Positions 26,674-36,041 of a stretch of DNA of 64,000 nucleotides are shown here, one piece after another (position 1 is the first letter of the stretch; every line of letters begins with the position of its first letter). The notes under the pieces are model-generated. The model made no database searches and was not told the DNA's origin. It saw only the letters and a list, made by a program, of their open reading frames with translations. The stretch lies in contig DATAST010000208.1 of assembly GCA_036269115.1 (NCBI GenBank), forward strand, positions 2,431 to 66,430. Reading direction: 5' to 3'. The DNA comes from Verrucomicrobiia bacterium (GTDB taxonomy: Bacteria > Verrucomicrobiota > Verrucomicrobiia > Limisphaerales > UBA11358). Position numbers and translations under genes: made by a program.

Positions 26674-27870
26674 TTAAACTCCTGCCTTCACCATCACTGC
26701 CTCATGGCTATGGCCGTTGCCATTACCGTTGCCATTACCGTTGCCATTGCCATTGGTACCGTGCCCATTCGATGTCAGTAACGAAGCGCCATCCTGATGA
26801 ATTGCTGGAACGATCCGGCCCGGATTTTTGCGGTGTTCGCCAAGATTGATGGGGGCTCCATTGCGCTTCAACGAGTCCGACGAAGCTTCCAATATACGGA
26901 CCAGTTCCAACCCTTGTTGCCCGTCAGTCAGCGGCCGGGTCCCCTCACGAATGCAATCCAGGAAATGCTGGCATTCTGCCTTCAACGGTTCCTCCTGCTT
27001 GATATACGGAGCATACATGTCGCCATAGTGGTAGGCGTAATGAAATTCGGCAAAGGTGTCATAGTGCGGCGGACGTTCCACGCGGGCATCAAATACGCGA
27101 ATCTTTTCCAACGGCGTCACATCGTCATAAACGATCATGCGCCGGCTGCCGACGATCGTCATTTCCCGCACCTTGCGGGGGTCCAGCCAGCTGCTGTGGA
27201 TTATGGCGGTTCGTTGTTTCGGGAACGTCAGGCACATGGAAGTCACGTCTTCAATTCCCGGCGTGACGTGGGCGCTGCCACGGCAATTCACCATTAACGG
27301 ATTCTCGCCCATGATATACAGTGCGATTGAAATATCGTGCGGCGCGAGGTCCCAGGCCACGTTGATGTCCTTTTGAAAAAGTCCCAGGTTGAGCCGGCGT
27401 GCGCAAATGTATCGGATTTCACCAATGTCGCCATTTTCCACGATCTCCTTAATCTTTTTTACCGCGGGCGAATACAAAAAGGTATGGCCAACCATCAAGA
27501 CCAGCCCCTTGCGCTGGGCAATATCAATCAATTCTTCGCATTCAGCCGACGACATTGCCATTGGCTTTTCAATGAACGTATGTTTGCCGGCCAGAAGGGC
27601 GGCCTTGGCGAGAGGGAAATGAGTCCTCACTGCCGTAGCCACAACTATCGCGTCCAGGCCCGAACCATTCAGCAGGTGGCCGAAGTCGGTGACTCCTTCC
27701 ACTTCGGGGTATAGCGATTTCAAATGAGCGAGGCGCTGTTCGCTCAAATCGCTCATCATTTTCAGGCTGCAATCGGGCAGAGACCGAAAGTTGCGGATCA
27801 GGTTGGGTCCCCAGTATCCACACCCGACCACACCGATTTTGATTTGTTGTTTTTTCATATTTCCTCTCAC
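26674..27870 (-). CDS. Gfo/Idh/MocA oxidoreductase, WbpB-like, with a C-terminal (Asn-Gly)7 tail
   Basis: IKIGVVGCGYWGPNLIRNF Rossmann motif and the FIEKPM motif. The tail reads GTNGNGNGNGNGNGNGHSHEAV. Confidence 0.75.
   Translation of the reverse strand: MRGNMKKQQIKIGVVGCGYWGPNLIRNFRSLPDCSLKMMSDLSEQRLAHLKSLYPEVEGVTDFGHLLNGSGLDAIVVATAVRTHFPLAKAALLAGKHTFIEKPMAMSSAECEELIDIAQRKGLVLMVGHTFLYSPAVKKIKEIVENGDIGEIRYICARRLNLGLFQKDINVAWDLAPHDISIALYIMGENPLMVNCRGSAHVTPGIEDVTSMCLTFPKQRTAIIHSSWLDPRKVREMTIVGSRRMIVYDDVTPLEKIRVFDARVERPPHYDTFAEFHYAYHYGDMYAPYIKQEEPLKAECQHFLDCIREGTRPLTDGQQGLELVRILEASSDSLKRNGAPINLGEHRKNPGRIVPAIHQDGASLLTSNGHGTNGNGNGNGNGNGNGHSHEAVMVKAGV
26713..26754 (-). repeat. Seven-copy hexanucleotide (AAY GGY) repeat encoding (NG)7 inside the CDS
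   Basis: The plus strand reads gccgtt gccatt accgtt gccatt accgtt gccatt gccatt. Confidence 0.9.
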
Positions 27871-27876
27871 TTCGGA

Positions 27877-28665
27877 TTAATTCATTTGCGTTTCCGCTGT
27901 CAATTTTCGTGGATGATTTTCCCGGCTGATGGCACTGACTGAAAAACCAGAACGCACGGCAGAGCCCGGGCCCATCCCGGGCGGCGTTCCGCCTCTTTTT
28001 CTCAGCCGGGTTTCCAACACCTGGCTGGCCATCACAAATGGAGTTCTTAGGATGATAGATAAATCCAGCCAAACATTCTTTTCGCGGGCGTATTTGACAT
28101 CCCACAGCATCATCTCGTTAAAGGTAGTTTTATTCTTGCCGCTCACCTGCCAGAGACCGGTCAGGCCAGGCAATGTGCTAAAACGTTCCATTTGCCATGT
28201 CTGGTACTGTTCGCTTTCGTACGGCAAACAAGGACGAGGACCGACCAGACTCATGTCGCCAACGAGTACGTTGATAAATTGGGGAAGTTCATCCAACCCG
28301 GACGAACGCAAAATGAAACCAAGGGGAATAATCCGGGAATCGCCACGCGAATCCAGCTTGTGCATCGGGGCGTTTGAGTCCATCAGTTGCTTCAAGTGTC
28401 CCTGGTGTGAACTCGTACTTGCGCCCACATGCATTGTGCGAAATTTCAGGCACATGAAGCGTCGGCGCATCAAACCCACCCGTTCCTGCCTGAACAGAAT
28501 CGGCCCGGGAGAAACCAGGGCAATGATCACGCCAATAACAACCGCCACCGGCAACATCAGCGGAAGCATCAATAAAATTACAATCACATCCAGGCTCCGC
28601 TTCCACTGCGGCACCCGGACGTCGACAGATGTCCCACCGAACGAATTTTGACTGGTACAGTTCAC
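27877..28665 (-). CDS. Polyprenyl-phosphate sugar-phosphate transferase (bacterial sugar transferase; WbaP/PglC/EpsB-like priming enzyme)
   Basis: The sequence LFRQERVGLMRRRFMCLKFRTM ... DELPQFINVLVGDMSLVGPRP ... PGLTGLWQVSG contains the hallmark motifs of this family. Confidence 0.85.
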   Translation of the reverse strand: MNCTSQNSFGGTSVDVRVPQWKRSLDVIVILLMLPLMLPVAVVIGVIIALVSPGPILFRQERVGLMRRRFMCLKFRTMHVGASTSSHQGHLKQLMDSNAPMHKLDSRGDSRIIPLGFILRSSGLDELPQFINVLVGDMSLVGPRPCLPYESEQYQTWQMERFSTLPGLTGLWQVSGKNKTTFNEMMLWDVKYAREKNVWLDLSIILRTPFVMASQVLETRLRKRGGTPPGMGPGSAVRSGFSVSAISRENHPRKLTAETQMN

Positions 28666-28831
28666 GTTTGGAAAATTAACCTCTGGTTTACTTCTGATTT
28701 TACAGCGTTACAACGCGGGAAAAGCTCCGCACTTATAGGTTTTCATCCCTATTCCAAAAAAACTAACATTCTAATTTTTCTTTCCCCAGCCCTCGCTGCC
28801 TGCTCCGGGGAACCTGCCTTTCCAGGCAGTC

Positions 28832-29413
28832 TTAATTTGATACCGCAAATTCTTTCCGTCCTGACAGCGCCAAAACGGGCGCCAAATCAGCGAGGGTATT
28901 CCGCTCCAATACCACTGAAGTCCGGTCCACTTCCACTGGCGTGGGGCGGCCCAGGATATCCAACAATATCTGCACCCGCATCCGCGCTGGCATCACGCGC
29001 AGCACAAACGCCCGAACGCCCGCAAATACGCCGTCAACGATCCGCACTTCATCCGCGGGCGCTAAACGGCACTCCACATTCATCGGCTCTCCGGCCGTAA
29101 AGCATTCCTGCAATTCCTCGATTCTGGCCTCATCCACGCTTGGAATTTTTTGCCCAAACCGCACCAGGGCATTGATTCCACTGGTGTGCTGGATGTCGCT
29201 CAAACTCGACTCCAGAACGCAACGAATGAAAATGTAACAGGGAAACAGCGGCTCAACCACCCGCACCAGTCCGCGGCGCGTTGCCCGCTCCACGCGCAAT
29301 TGCGGATGAAAAACCTCCAATTGAAGGTTCTTCCGCAAGTTCGCCGCCGCAATGTGCTCATGCTTCGGCTTCGTTCGCGCGCAATACCAGGCTGGACTGG
29401 ATGTTTGCATCAT
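28832..29413 (-). CDS. NusG-family paralog (RfaH/UpxY-like operon-specific antiterminator)
   Basis: WYCARTKPKHEHIAAANLRK ... EPLFPCYIFIRC (NGN domain) followed by a KOW-like EVRIVDGVFAGVRAFV. It is the first gene of the long glycan operon. Confidence 0.75.
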   Translation of the reverse strand: MMQTSSPAWYCARTKPKHEHIAAANLRKNLQLEVFHPQLRVERATRRGLVRVVEPLFPCYIFIRCVLESSLSDIQHTSGINALVRFGQKIPSVDEARIEELQECFTAGEPMNVECRLAPADEVRIVDGVFAGVRAFVLRVMPARMRVQILLDILGRPTPVEVDRTSVVLERNTLADLAPVLALSGRKEFAVSN

Positions 29414-30016
29414 TAGTTTAAAACACCGTAAAACTTCGACTTTCGTACCGTAGGTAAATTTGCTTAATTAATTTTTCCTGGTCATTCGGATAACTACTTA
29501 GAACCGCTCACCGAACTTTGCTCGGATGACTGGATTCCTGTCAAAAGTACGCGTATATAGTGCCACAGGAAGGTTGCTTCTGCAATCAGGAGGGCTTACT
29601 GAATGTAGCCAAGGGGAATGCCTTATAAGTATTGGGACGCAATATACACTATCGGGCCAAAAGCTTCCCTGAACCGCACTTATCCCAACGAGGCCCGATA
29701 GCCAGACCGCCATTGTTGCCCGGAAACTGACTTTACCATTGGACAAAAGAGATCAAGAACGCCCTGCGTGCTGCAGACCGTTACAACTGCGGAATCAAGA
29801 GATTCCCAGTCATTACCCACGGCACTACGTTGCGTTTTAGGCCACATTCCCATAGTTATCTGCCTTTGTCCTGGTTTGGCGAACTGTTTACACTCTGCTA
29901 AATCAGTCCTTCCAAGCCTGTTACAAACATCCAAGACGGCTGTATAAAGACAAAAACCATATTCCCGCATAATTTGCAATAGGGAGATATTCCTTATTTT
30001 AAACCAAGTAAACACC

Positions 30017-30739
30017 CTATATAGGCTGTGCGCGTTCCACTGGATAGACCTCAGGCTGGCGATTGGTTCCGACGTTTTGGCGTTCAACCCAATTGGCTGA
30101 GTATCTGATTAGTTCCGCTGCGCTGGATAACTTCAGCTTACGCTTGATATTCTCACGGTGCGTCTCAATGGTCTTCACGCTCAAATGCAATTTGGCGGCC
30201 ATGTCCCTGGTATTTACGCCCGCGCCGAGCAACTGAAAGATTTGCAGTTCACGGTCGGTAAGATTCCCGGGACCTTCGCGATGACTGTCCGATTTTCTTC
30301 CCGCCATTTGATGGAGCGCCAGCGCGGCAACTTTTGCGCTCACATGAATTTGCCCTGCGAGAATTGCCCGGATCGCGGCGGGAATGCCCGACGTCGCATG
30401 ATTTTTCATTAAGAATCCACGCGCACCCGCTTTAAGGGCGCGTTCTGCATACAGTGCTTCATCGCATTGCGATACCACCAGCACGGGAAGCGAAGGATAG
30501 TCTTGCGTCAACTGCCTGATGAATTCCAAACCGCATCCGTCCGGCAACAAGAGATCCATCAATACCAAATCCGGCTTGCACACGGTCAACTGGTCTCGCG
30601 CAGCGACAATAGTGTCAACCGCGCAGTTACAATTCAGGTCTTTTTCACGTGTGATGATTCGGATCAACCCTTCCCGCACAAGGGGCTGGTCGTCAACGAT
30701 CATGATTTCAGCTTTTTTTAGTTTGAAAACAGTGGCCAT
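30017..30739 (-). CDS. Response regulator, NarL/FixJ (LuxR-type HTH) family; no cognate kinase nearby
   Basis: REC domain (IMIVDDQPLVREGL ... DLVLMDLLLPDGCG ... KAGARGFLMK) plus LTDRELQIFQLLGAGVNTRDMAAKLHLSVKTIETHRENIKRKL. Confidence 0.85.
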   Translation of the reverse strand: MATVFKLKKAEIMIVDDQPLVREGLIRIITREKDLNCNCAVDTIVAARDQLTVCKPDLVLMDLLLPDGCGLEFIRQLTQDYPSLPVLVVSQCDEALYAERALKAGARGFLMKNHATSGIPAAIRAILAGQIHVSAKVAALALHQMAGRKSDSHREGPGNLTDRELQIFQLLGAGVNTRDMAAKLHLSVKTIETHRENIKRKLKLSSAAELIRYSANWVERQNVGTNRQPEVYPVERAQPI

Positions 30740-31508
30740 TGCGTTTTCTGATTATTAAATTTTTTAATTTATATCGAACTTGCCCGTTACTAATTCCCCT
30801 CACATGGACCGCAAGCAGCACACTACATGTGGACAGGAAATTCACTTAACTTGACTAAGGAATATACTTAAGGCCAGTGCTTCTGTCAACTAAGGCCTTC
30901 AAAATCATCATCAAGCAATCGTGGTTCCGTTCCGGACTCCAGCCACTCCGCAATTCGCGTTCCTAAATCCGCGGTTTCTTGAAAATATCCCATTTTTCCG
31001 GGCACGGTAACTGCTTCACCAGATTCCGTAACTGATTATGACACACGAAGCCATTAAATACACAGGTTGCGTTGGTTCAACATCTGAATTCGGAATATGG
31101 GCGAAAATCGTGGCCCTGGTTCGGAATTTCATTAAAACTCAAATTCCAGAGGGCTATCAGGACCAGAACGGTTTCCATTTCGGCGTCAAACAGGCCGACT
31201 AGAGGCTTTTTGGGCGGCTTTCAGAGGTCGCCCAACCGGGATTTTGACAAGCTGGCCATTTAGGCCATGTCCCGTTTATGCGCCTCCAATGTCCCAATCC
31301 TGGACATCCCGTAACAGACCCCTTCTCTCCGCTCCTGGTTGGCGTCCATCGGACGTTCGCCTCTCCCATTTCCAATCATCTCCGCTGGAACAATAAGCAT
31401 CGCCGGAACGCTCAAAACGTGAAAGCCGATGCAATTACTTTAGGCGTCACGGTGTTTCGCCTTTCGATGTCTGGTATTCACAGCCATTTTCATGGAAATC
31501 AAAAAACC

Positions 31509-32555
31509 ATGTCTTTCCTGTTCTCCAACATGGCCGTGCTGGCGATGGCCGTAGTTGTTTCGTGGTGGCTGAGCGGCTTTGATTCACGATTGAGCGGCCA
31601 GACCGGACCAGATTTCACGCGGCGGGCAATTCGGTGCGCATTCTCATTGTTGTTTGTTGAGATTGAATTTTACTTTCTGTGGCAGTGCTGGGTCGCTGGC
31701 GATCGCTCGGCGGGAATTATGTACCTGGCCATGTTTATTCCGCTGTTGCTCACCTGGGTCGGATGCATCACTGAAGCCGGGGCACAATGTTTTCAGCATA
31801 TGATTGATCCGGAGGACAAACGGCCCTATGACCCCAAGACAGGTGTGCGGGAACTGGACATTATTGGCGATTTGATCCGAACCGGACGCAAAGAAGAGGC
31901 GATTCAATTATGTAAGACGCTGCTACGGACCGCGCCAGAACACCGGTCGGCGATGGAACTAACGTTACACCACCTGGGCGAACCGCCGCAGGAATTGCCC
32001 GGCGAATCGAGGCCGCTGGTTGAGGCCAAACGGTTGCGGCAAACGGGAAAATTTCGAGAAGCTGAAGCCATCTTAACTTCCTTGTTGAAACAGGAACCAT
32101 CCAATGTGAATGCCGCGCTCATGTTGTTCCGGCTCTACGGCCAGGAAATGCGCCAGACTGACAAAGCGTCCGGCGTGTTGCGAACGCTCGAAAACCGGCC
32201 CTATGTTCCCGCGGCTTATATCGAGTTTGCGCGCCATTCCCTTGCAGATTGGCAAACAGAAGCGACGGCCGCGCCGCCGGTAAATACGGTACACGAAGAG
32301 ACAGTGCCCGAATCCGTCGACGAATTGATTGCGAAGAAATTTTTGGGAACAGCCATTGACGTATTGGAACGGCAGTGCGAAGCCGAGCCTGGAAACTTTG
32401 ACAATTGGCTAAAATTGACGGAAGTCCACGGCAAGCATTGCATGAACCGGAAGCTGGCCGAAAAAACCATTCGCCAAATCGAGGCCAATTCGGCCTTCAA
32501 CGCCGAACAAAAGCAACAGGCCAGGAACCGTCTCCGGGAATGGCGCCGGCAATAG
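31509..32555 (+). CDS. Membrane-anchored TPR-like helical repeat protein
   Basis: About 3-4 N-terminal TM segments followed by helical repeats (GRKEEAIQLCKTLLRTAPEH, GKFREAEAILTSLLKQEPSN). I preferred the ATG at 31509 over the track start at 31278, whose extension looks non-coding. Confidence 0.55.
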   Translation: MSFLFSNMAVLAMAVVVSWWLSGFDSRLSGQTGPDFTRRAIRCAFSLLFVEIEFYFLWQCWVAGDRSAGIMYLAMFIPLLLTWVGCITEAGAQCFQHMIDPEDKRPYDPKTGVRELDIIGDLIRTGRKEEAIQLCKTLLRTAPEHRSAMELTLHHLGEPPQELPGESRPLVEAKRLRQTGKFREAEAILTSLLKQEPSNVNAALMLFRLYGQEMRQTDKASGVLRTLENRPYVPAAYIEFARHSLADWQTEATAAPPVNTVHEETVPESVDELIAKKFLGTAIDVLERQCEAEPGNFDNWLKLTEVHGKHCMNRKLAEKTIRQIEANSAFNAEQKQQARNRLREWRRQ

Positions 32556-32561
32556 TCTGAA

Positions 32562-32885
32562 TCACTTTCTTCGACGCTTGAGCGCAACCTTGAAACTGCG
32601 CACAGCCAGCACGGTCAGGAGCACGATAAAATAGGAAAAGAATATCTCCGAAACCCAAAACTCGGATGGGTTGTCTTGCAGCGTAATCACGCCTGGGTCA
32701 ACCCGCGAAAGCTTGACCATTTCTCCAGTCGCCACGCCGTCAACGACCATGTAGAGGAGACACCCTGAAATGAGGAGCAGGACGACTCCCGTTGCGACGA
32801 TCCATGTCGGACCCACGGGCTCGGACTTTCGATGTATGTACATGTATTCCTGCGACTTTTGCGTCAACCGCCTGCGACAACCCAA
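32562..32885 (-). CDS. Small two-TM membrane protein, unknown function
   Basis: Two clear hydrophobic helices and a basic C-terminus (KVALKRRRK). The start is uncertain; an alternative Met lies at 32843. Confidence 0.4.
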   Translation of the reverse strand: MGCRRRLTQKSQEYMYIHRKSEPVGPTWIVATGVVLLLISGCLLYMVVDGVATGEMVKLSRVDPGVITLQDNPSEFWVSEIFFSYFIVLLTVLAVRSFKVALKRRRK

Positions 32886-33002
32886 GAATGCCGCTCAAGA
32901 TATTTCACGCAAGATTTATTTAGAATCTTTCTCGTCCTCAAAAAGCCGCAGATAAGTAAATTATGTTGACAGTCAATATTGTTTACGATATGCTTCGTGA
33001 GT

Positions 33003-33482
33003 ATGAAAAATAAAGAACCGTGGTTCGAGGTTGTTGCTCTCCCGGCATTACTGAGGCATGCCCGCGTCACATACGGCCTGGCGATGCATCGCGCACTGGC
33101 GGAAGCAGGATACGACGATATGCCAAAGAACGGCATGTACATTATCGGAGGAATGGCCCTGGAAACGGGTGAAATTCCCCTTGGCGAACTGATCAAGCAG
33201 TTGCGCGTTTCCAAGCAGGCGGGCGGCCAGCTCGTGGATACGCTAGTTGTGCGCGGCTATTTGAAGCGCGAAGAAGATCCGGAAGACCGGCGCAAATCAA
33301 ACATCACGCTAACTAAACACGGCCGGGCCGCTGCGGCGGTTCAGAATGTCGCGCGAAAGAAAATTGACGCGCAATTAATTGAGCGAGTGGGAAGCGAAGA
33401 CGTCCTCCGAACACGCCGGACGCTGGCAGCGTTGATTGATATGGGGCATGAGACCGAACCAGGTGAAGTTCAAGAACAATAA
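33003..33482 (+). CDS. MarR-family transcriptional regulator
   Basis: Winged-helix pattern LGELIKQLRVSKQAGGQLVDTLVVRGYLKREEDPEDRRKSNITLTKHG, which includes the MarR DxR wing motif. Confidence 0.75.
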   Translation: MKNKEPWFEVVALPALLRHARVTYGLAMHRALAEAGYDDMPKNGMYIIGGMALETGEIPLGELIKQLRVSKQAGGQLVDTLVVRGYLKREEDPEDRRKSNITLTKHGRAAAAVQNVARKKIDAQLIERVGSEDVLRTRRTLAALIDMGHETEPGEVQEQ

Positions 33483-33508
33483 GAGGAACATTCTGTCCAT
33501 TTTGCCTG

Positions 33509-34202
<694 letters not shown>

Positions 34203-34216
<14 letters not shown>

Positions 34217-34985
34217 GCGGCTTTTTGGACTCCTCTCCGAGATAGGCCTCGATCACTTTGGGATTGGCGCGAATTTCCGCAGGCGTGCCTTCGGCAATTT
34301 TCACGCCGTAGTCGAGCACCGCGATGCGCCTGCAAATGCCCATGACAACCTGCATGTCGTGTTCAACCAGGAGTATGGAAATCTGAAATTGCTCCTTCAC
34401 GAATTGAATCAGGCGCATGAGTTCCACTTTCTCATTTGGATTCATCCCGGCGGCGGGTTCGTCGAGCAGGAGCAGTTTAGGCCGCGTCGCCAGGGCACGA
34501 ACGATTTCCAGCCGCCGCTGGTCTCCATAACTGAGGCAGTTAGCCATGGCGTTGCGAAACTTTCCGAGGCGAAAGATTTCCAGCAATTCAAAAACCCGGG
34601 CGGCCACTTCCTTTTCCTCGTCAAAATAACCTTTGCCGCGCCACAGAGCATGCCGCCCGTCGCCGCGCAACCGCAGGTGGAAAGCAGCACGCACGTTGTC
34701 GAAGACGGTAAAAGACGGAAAGAGCCGGATGTTTTGAAACGTTCGCGCGATGCCGTCGGCGGTGATTTGATGCGGCCTGCGCCCTGCCAGCGACTGATCG
34801 TCGAAGAAAATGCCGCCGGCAGTCGGCCGATAGACGCCGGTGATGAGATTGAAGACTGTAGTTTTGCCCGCGCCGTTTGGACCGATGAGACCGACCAACT
34901 CATTGCGACCGATTTCCAGGTCAAACGATGAGACGGCGGTCAAACCGCCAAAGCGAATTGTCGTTTTGTCCAGGCGCAAAAGCAT
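34203..34985 (-). CDS. livG: Branched-chain amino acid ABC transporter ATP-binding protein LivG
   Basis: GPNGAGKTTVFNLITG, LSYGDQRRLEI and LLLLDEPAAGMNP motifs. Confidence 0.85.
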
Positions 34986-36035
34986 TTACTTTTTAATTGT
35001 AAACAGTCCCTGGGGCCTTGTGAGCATTAGGATCACCAACAACAGCGAATAAATAATCATCCGCATATTCCCAATCCAACTGAGCGGAAATTCGGTAGAG
35101 AATCCAGGAATGCGCTCGATGTCCTGCAATGATCGCAGGCCTTCCGGCAATAGCGTCAGGAGAATCGCGGCGAGGACCACACCGGGTGTGTTGCCCATGC
35201 CGCCCAGAATCACCATGACGACGATTTCGATGGATTTCATGTAGCCGAATCCGTCCGGCGTCAGGTACATCTTGGAATGCGCGTACAGTCCGCCGGCGAT
35301 ACCTGCGAAAAATGAGCCGATCACGAAGGCCGTAACCTTGTATTTGACAGGATTGATGCCCACCGCAGCGGCAGCGATTTCATCGTCCTGCACCGCAATA
35401 AAGCCGCGCCCATAAGTGGAATGCACGAGGGCGACGATCACATAAATGGTGACGGCGGCTATGCCAAAAGCCCAAAATAAGTTGGTCCAGCCATGAGCCA
35501 CGCTGTATCCGCGCGCCCCGCCCACGGCATCCATGTTCTGAAGCACGACGCAGACGATTTCGCCAAAGCCCAGGGTGAGGATAGCCAGATAATCGCCGCG
35601 CAACCGGAGGGTTGGAATGCCAACGATCAGTCCGGCCACCGCGGCGAGCAATCCGCCCGCAATGAGCGCCAGAGGAAAGATCACGGCTGCCAATGCCGGG
35701 CTCAAATTTGAGAACTGGTTGGTAATGACCGCCGCAGTGTAGGCGCCAATACCCATGAAACCGGCGTGGCCCAGGGAGAATTGGCCGGTGTAGCCGTTAA
35801 TCAGGTTCAGGCTCACGGCCAGGATGATATTGACGCCGATATCGAACAGGACATAAAGCCAGTAAGCCTGAATGCACCTTTGAAAAAGTGAAATCACCAG
35901 GCAGACCACGACGGCCGCCAGGAGCGTCATTTTGGGAAAATTGCCGGCGCGCTCGATCATGGAGAGAGACACAGTCTTTGCCCGCTCAAAATGTGACCCG
36001 ACTTTTTCCTGGCAATCTGTTTTGGCGGGGTCCAT
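34986..36035 (-). CDS. livM: Branched-chain amino acid ABC transporter permease LivM
   Basis: Multi-TM protein with the LNLINGYTGQFSLGHAGFMGIGAY motif. Confidence 0.85.
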   Translation of the reverse strand: MDPAKTDCQEKVGSHFERAKTVSLSMIERAGNFPKMTLLAAVVVCLVISLFQRCIQAYWLYVLFDIGVNIILAVSLNLINGYTGQFSLGHAGFMGIGAYTAAVITNQFSNLSPALAAVIFPLALIAGGLLAAVAGLIVGIPTLRLRGDYLAILTLGFGEIVCVVLQNMDAVGGARGYSVAHGWTNLFWAFGIAAVTIYVIVALVHSTYGRGFIAVQDDEIAAAAVGINPVKYKVTAFVIGSFFAGIAGGLYAHSKMYLTPDGFGYMKSIEIVVMVILGGMGNTPGVVLAAILLTLLPEGLRSLQDIERIPGFSTEFPLSWIGNMRMIIYSLLLVILMLTRPQGLFTIKK

Positions 36036-36041
36036 TTCGAG

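Noticed and set aside
28666-28831. Hairpin CTGCCtttccaGGCAG just after the NusG-like stop, as an intrinsic terminator.
   Set aside because: The stem is only 5 bp, and on the transcribed (minus) strand it is not followed by a U-tract. Termination here would also cut off the whole downstream operon.
29701-29712. ops-like GGCGGTCTGGC on the non-template strand of the operon leader (RfaH ops is GGCGGTAGnnT).
   Set aside because: Only the GGCGGT hexamer matches, and a hexamer is expected by chance with appreciable probability in 600 nt. Nothing indicates that this NusG paralog uses an enterobacterial-type ops.
29498-30087. Two overlapping minus-strand ORFs (82 aa and 135 aa) in the operon leader.
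   Set aside because: They have no motifs and odd composition, and one overlaps the response-regulator 3' end. The region is better explained as an untranslated leader or promoter.
31278-31508. N-terminal 77-codon extension of the TPR membrane protein ORF.
   Set aside because: The extension is Pro/His/Arg-rich (MRLQCPNPGHPVTDPFSPLL...) and has no signal or TM character. The Met at 31509 starts directly at the first TM helix.
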